DNA of 27,644 nt from a virus. Taxonomy: Duplodnaviria; Caudoviricetes. Under the pieces are notes generated by a model that searched no databases, had not been told where the DNA came from, and worked only from the letters and a program-made list of their open reading frames with translations. Below are positions 25,001 to 27,644 of this stretch, one piece after another; the first letter of the stretch is position 1, and each line of letters starts with the position of its first letter. The position numbers were made by a program, and so were the translations under genes. The DNA is taken from the IMG/VR virus record IMGVR_UViG_3300023214_000728, positions 1 to 27,644 of that record; one strand, 5' to 3'.

Positions 25001-25773
25001 TCCCACGCATTGCTGCCAAGCGTGAGCCTGTTGCCGGGTTCGCCGCCACCCTTACCGTACATCCTGTTCGCTGTCTCGCGTATATCATCCTCACGAGAGA
25101 AGCTTTTGATGTTCTTGCCCACGGTAACGAATGGCTTGGTCGCACCAGAACCCACCTCATCCAACAGGCTGATGTCATAGTCGCTAGGGCCGTTGCGCAG
25201 AACCTGAAGCTCGGTGTCGGTGAGCTTTGCAAGTTGCCTCAGAGCGCCCAGCGGGGTGAAGAAATCAAACGTGAACTCTTCCAGTTCGTCTGTCGGGTCA
25301 ATCGTGCCGATGCTGAAGTATGATGCAGCGTCGTTCAGGATATACTGATTGATGATCTCGGTTGGCGTGAAGTTGAGGATCGTGAAATCAGGCTGTACCA
25401 GACCAGAAGACTCTACACGCTCAATCAACCCCGGCCTGTTCAACTCGAATATAACGCCCTCTGCCTCTACGCTTGCGAGCTTCTTGTTGTCCTGCTTCCT
25501 GCCTTTCTTGATGTCTACTACTCGGTACTCAGCTACGGTGTCATCGTCCCACAGAACCCTGAAAACCACGCCCTCTGTAATTCCGCCAGAAGCGAAACTC
25601 ACGGAATCAACCGGAATGCTCAACATCAGGCGGTCGTCACCGTTCACCTCTTCGAGCAATGATGCTGCACTGAGGTCGCGTAGGATAGCACCGGGCGACA
25701 ACGACAGCACGGAACCACCCGCTGCCTCTATGTCACTCCACAATTCTATTCTATTTAGTCTCGGTGTAGCCAC
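22015..25773 (-). CDS. Large tail tip/baseplate hub protein (siphophage Tal/host-specificity-like) with inserted carbohydrate-binding-like domain
   Basis: The N-terminal region resembles prophage tail proteins (TVGKNIKSFSREDD..TANRMYGKG; LTLGGKVRVID). It has an internal CBM-like segment (GQWVDL..WYLDSAMI) and a beta-rich acidic C-terminus. Confidence 0.8.
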   Translation of the reverse strand: MATPRLNRIELWSDIEAAGGSVLSLSPGAILRDLSAASLLEEVNGDDRLMLSIPVDSVSFASGGITEGVVFRVLWDDDTVAEYRVVDIKKGRKQDNKKLASVEAEGVIFELNRPGLIERVESSGLVQPDFTILNFTPTEIINQYILNDAASYFSIGTIDPTDELEEFTFDFFTPLGALRQLAKLTDTELQVLRNGPSDYDISLLDEVGSGATKPFVTVGKNIKSFSREDDIRETANRMYGKGGGEPGNRLTLGSNAWEVTSNSPLTLKGTPVWEDDALNGLYVGNKDGTGLQQISDSANPGTLTVGTPGNFSVGDRLRIFRNSSGDHVTYLEDSASVSSLGAIPGTLTADDLIQASNIIGTPKLDSFTGGVADNWSLVGTLSTSEENTSANFTRVGGSSWHLVSSASGDGVSSDAINISPSSDQPYYSALISLWVVSGAVRLELEHSTMGTFPPPTKKAWTEETGQWVDLRIEGILLESGTVKINVLSDGGAAEWYLDSAMITNAPNAKVFVAENAANELWRRSANELLDKRNADVSYAVSLIDVEGINPDVYEFDELTLGGKVRVIDAELASDVDLRVMKLERDIVQGHVQKTTLESRPKTLTDVEIAHPGRDDADPIKNTAPMFDWIDAWLDEAGSVHIKYRLNEIGQSIKYSIDDTAQPTRSFVLGSGATQNSAEEDDFQPTEGDVIAPDLGDTAFITVVAFSEASGAGRDGALIEFKRVNTGLTVDCQPILDQDGSDWYLNPFRTLAAQSIRYNVTTDGSEPDDPAHVDGMGGGTEGTLSTDDQIQVLTGSPAATVKAAVRAYSDVDGGDSGGTEGPLRVARSTSGAAGSAVQLTWHPFIPDDPTKEGVRFISVSRAATVDFGYKVIDAGVSDPDWDSGGFTKTGQTTDPVVTEVAVTKPADGGTEKDIVFNAEDADGNFAFTNADGAPKHQRIRVDDNAIPTGSITGEVEDGGIPFVSINAQDSDTGSWRLHISNTAHENPTGASDGTEVSGASFPHREDLSALATDWTLSAGEKLYVRAVFYRTPSTDFATQDGSVSSAKAYDIVIEAPGSGGEQGNYVDILDARMFYSTVNNWQPKVSVEVGPDTDELVIQRSDGEGDLIMTDQTVDTVTLGSTGSVRTVTFNISGVSLSGSDGGSTATPFISITPWVDRGGGNANQGTAKRVEWAIPSDDASGGVRMKKHDGANFTSGNDTEFIQNFSPVQDHGLSADDDGNPQVETTHFIFVQGTAPTGKPSDLTILWGKEVS

Positions 25774-26175
25774 TTATTGAAATCTCACTGGTGGGATGTT
25801 CTTACTGAGTATAACCACGCCATCGGGTATGTCTTTCATGCGAGCACGTACAGCCTTGCGTGTTTCCGGATCCTGATAATACGCCCAAGCCATGCCCGCA
25901 ATCTCCGGGTCCTGAGCCACTGCATTCTCCCAGTCGCCAACAGGACCAGAGTTCTGTGGGTTTTTCGTGTTGAATATATCCAGCAAATCTTCGCTTGTTA
26001 CTGTTCGCTCAATACCCAACACGAACCTGCCGTCTGCTTTCGTGCCAACTACAGTCGCGCCAAAATTCTCTGCGTTCGGCACCTCCCTACCGTTTACGTT
26101 CGTCTTAGACTCGCCTTCACGCGGGCTTCTTACCTCTTCAGTATCTACAACAAACACATTCTTCGGGCCTTGCAT
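25774..26175 (-). CDS. Hypothetical protein (133 aa) in the tail module
   Basis: AGGAGG SD, a TAATG overlap with the upstream gene, and it abuts the downstream GTG. Confidence 0.8.
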   Translation of the reverse strand: MQGPKNVFVVDTEEVRSPREGESKTNVNGREVPNAENFGATVVGTKADGRFVLGIERTVTSEDLLDIFNTKNPQNSGPVGDWENAVAQDPEIAGMAWAYYQDPETRKAVRARMKDIPDGVVILSKNIPPVRFQ

Positions 26176-27644
26176 TACACCCTCCTGAGTCTCTTGGGTG
26201 ACACGGTGCCGTCCGGTGCGATCAGTAGACGCTTGAGCCCGAACCCGTTCGCGATCTCAAGGCTGCCACCAAACGCAGCAGATGGAGTAACCGAGGACGA
26301 TGCAACCTGTGCGTCTCCGTCATACGCCGTTGCTGTGCCAGAGGAAATCGTTAGGGTAAGCTCTTCTTCGTCGCCATTAGATGATGCAGAAGATATTGCG
26401 TTGATCGTTGTTGTAGCACCACCCACATATATAACCCACTGCATCTGGCCACTGGTGTTTCTGCGTAACCTGATTTCGTCTGTGGCGTCATTGCCAAGGC
26501 GCACATAACTATTGTTTGCAGCAGGTCCAGCACCGACCTTCACAGCAACCTGTATAGCCACGTCGTCAGGGTCTACACCTCCCGGCAACGCAAACGTCCA
26601 TGAGTCCGCGTTGGTTGTCACGTCAGATTCGGTTTCGTTGAACCCGGGTAGCGGTACAATGTCGTCCTGTACGACAGTGGGTAGCGCAAGGTAGACCTTC
26701 TGATTAGCGGTGCTGAGGTTTACAGAATCCGCAAACTCTACGTCGAAATACGCTTCGGTTGCTGACGCATCAATCTGATGCACAACGCCCAACCACTGCC
26801 ATTCGCCTTTCGTTGTGCTGGAGTCGCCTGTAGTAGTGCCCGTCTGGTCGTCTGTAGCCTTAATGGTCACACCAGTAGCGGACACCTCAGAATCGTTCGG
26901 TATGAATATTCCTGCAAACTTAGCGTAATAGCTACCAGCAGTCATTCCGTTCAGGTCTGCGGTCTGTCCGAGGCGATATTTCCTAGTTTGTGAGCCGGAG
27001 ACACCCGTATCCAGTTCTATGATGTTCGCTGTCGTAACCGCACCCGTATCATAAGGATCCGGGATATTCGCTGGAACGGTCACAATAGAGGCATCGGCCA
27101 CACCGAGCGCATTACCCGCCCCGTCGAGGCCGGGCATGGCCGAGCCCTTCGTCGCCGTAGAGGCGCTGACGGTAGCGAGTTCGTAGGCGCGAAGATCGTC
27201 GGCATACATCTCATCGCCAGAGTCCTCCGCTAAGAGCGCGACAAGCTGGGCTGCTGTAGTGGCCTGACGATGTGCGGCAGCCATCAAAGTTGCAGTCGCT
27301 GTGAGATTCGGATTCGACATACCATTGTTTACCAAAAACGACACGCTTCCGGCGACCTCTTCACCAACTCCGGCGACCGTAGTCCAGTCTTCTGCGTCAA
27401 CCGACTCTGTGGGCGTAGAGTCCCAGCGAGCTTCCTTGAGCCGCAGCCTGTAAGTCCCCTCCGTCACGCTTCCGGTCGCACGGTCGATCTCGCCCGCCGT
27501 GTTTTCGACCCACCCCTTCGGCTGCCGTCCATCGGCTACCTGGGTGGCTCCGGTGACGGTGCCGTTCACCGATCCGATGCTATCATTCGCATCGCCATCG
27601 AAATCCCACTCATGACTCCAGGTCCCGTCGCGGTTGTAGACGGT
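26175..27644 (-). CDS. Virion protein with LamG/concanavalin-like and CBM-like domains (5'-truncated by the window edge)
   Basis: The frame stays open from 27569 to the window end, reading TVYNRDGTWSHEWDFDGDANDSIGSVNGTVTGAT (a LamG-associated W.FDG.A.D motif). Beta-rich, Thr/Ala/Asp-rich, with GEWQWL of CBM type. Confidence 0.75.
   Translation of the reverse strand, partial: TVYNRDGTWSHEWDFDGDANDSIGSVNGTVTGATQVADGRQPKGWVENTAGEIDRATGSVTEGTYRLRLKEARWDSTPTESVDAEDWTTVAGVGEEVAGSVSFLVNNGMSNPNLTATATLMAAAHRQATTAAQLVALLAEDSGDEMYADDLRAYELATVSASTATKGSAMPGLDGAGNALGVADASIVTVPANIPDPYDTGAVTTANIIELDTGVSGSQTRKYRLGQTADLNGMTAGSYYAKFAGIFIPNDSEVSATGVTIKATDDQTGTTTGDSSTTKGEWQWLGVVHQIDASATEAYFDVEFADSVNLSTANQKVYLALPTVVQDDIVPLPGFNETESDVTTNADSWTFALPGGVDPDDVAIQVAVKVGAGPAANNSYVRLGNDATDEIRLRRNTSGQMQWVIYVGGATTTINAISSASSNGDEEELTLTISSGTATAYDGDAQVASSSVTPSAAFGGSLEIANGFGLKRLLIAPDGTVSPKRLRRV

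Noticed and set aside
25777-26508. 243-aa plus-strand ORF, and other long plus-strand ORFs such as 12992-13645, 15807-16436 and 20952-21566
   Set aside because: They are antisense shadows of well-supported minus-strand genes, with no recognisable motifs or RBS.
1-27644. tRNA, integrase/att site, reverse transcriptase/DGR, intron or intein
   Set aside because: None was recognised. DnaB and TerL are of normal length without intein motifs, and intergenic gaps are short.

Overview
This is a 27.6 kb segment of a tailed dsDNA phage (Caudoviricetes) genome or prophage. About 30 tightly packed genes all lie on the minus strand. In transcription order (right to left) it holds: (1) virion tail/adsorption genes, namely a LamG/CBM-like protein truncated at the window edge, a 1252-aa tail protein and an FN3-repeat protein; (2) a lysis cassette with a membrane-anchored PAS-domain protein, a holin, an M15-type endolysin, a small Cys/His protein and a spanin-like protein, closed by a cUUCGg terminator; (3) an HTH-metallophosphoesterase; (4) a recombination/replication block behind a near-consensus sigma70 promoter that is probably leaderless, encoding a SNF2 ATPase with two HARP-like repeats, a Rad52-like annealase, Mre11/SbcD, Rad50/SbcC, an initiator-like protein, DnaB and RusA; (5) a pre-packaging/packaging block with a DUF5664-type nucleotide diphosphohydrolase domain protein, an intact and a degenerate ParB/Srx pair, a probable TerS, a PPP-type phosphatase, TerL, an HNH endonuclease and small downstream genes. 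The most notable items are the PAS sensor at the head of the lysis cassette, an unusual single-gene spanin candidate, and the SMARCAL1-Rad52-Mre11-Rad50-like operon. All family assignments come from motif recognition by eye; no database searches were run.
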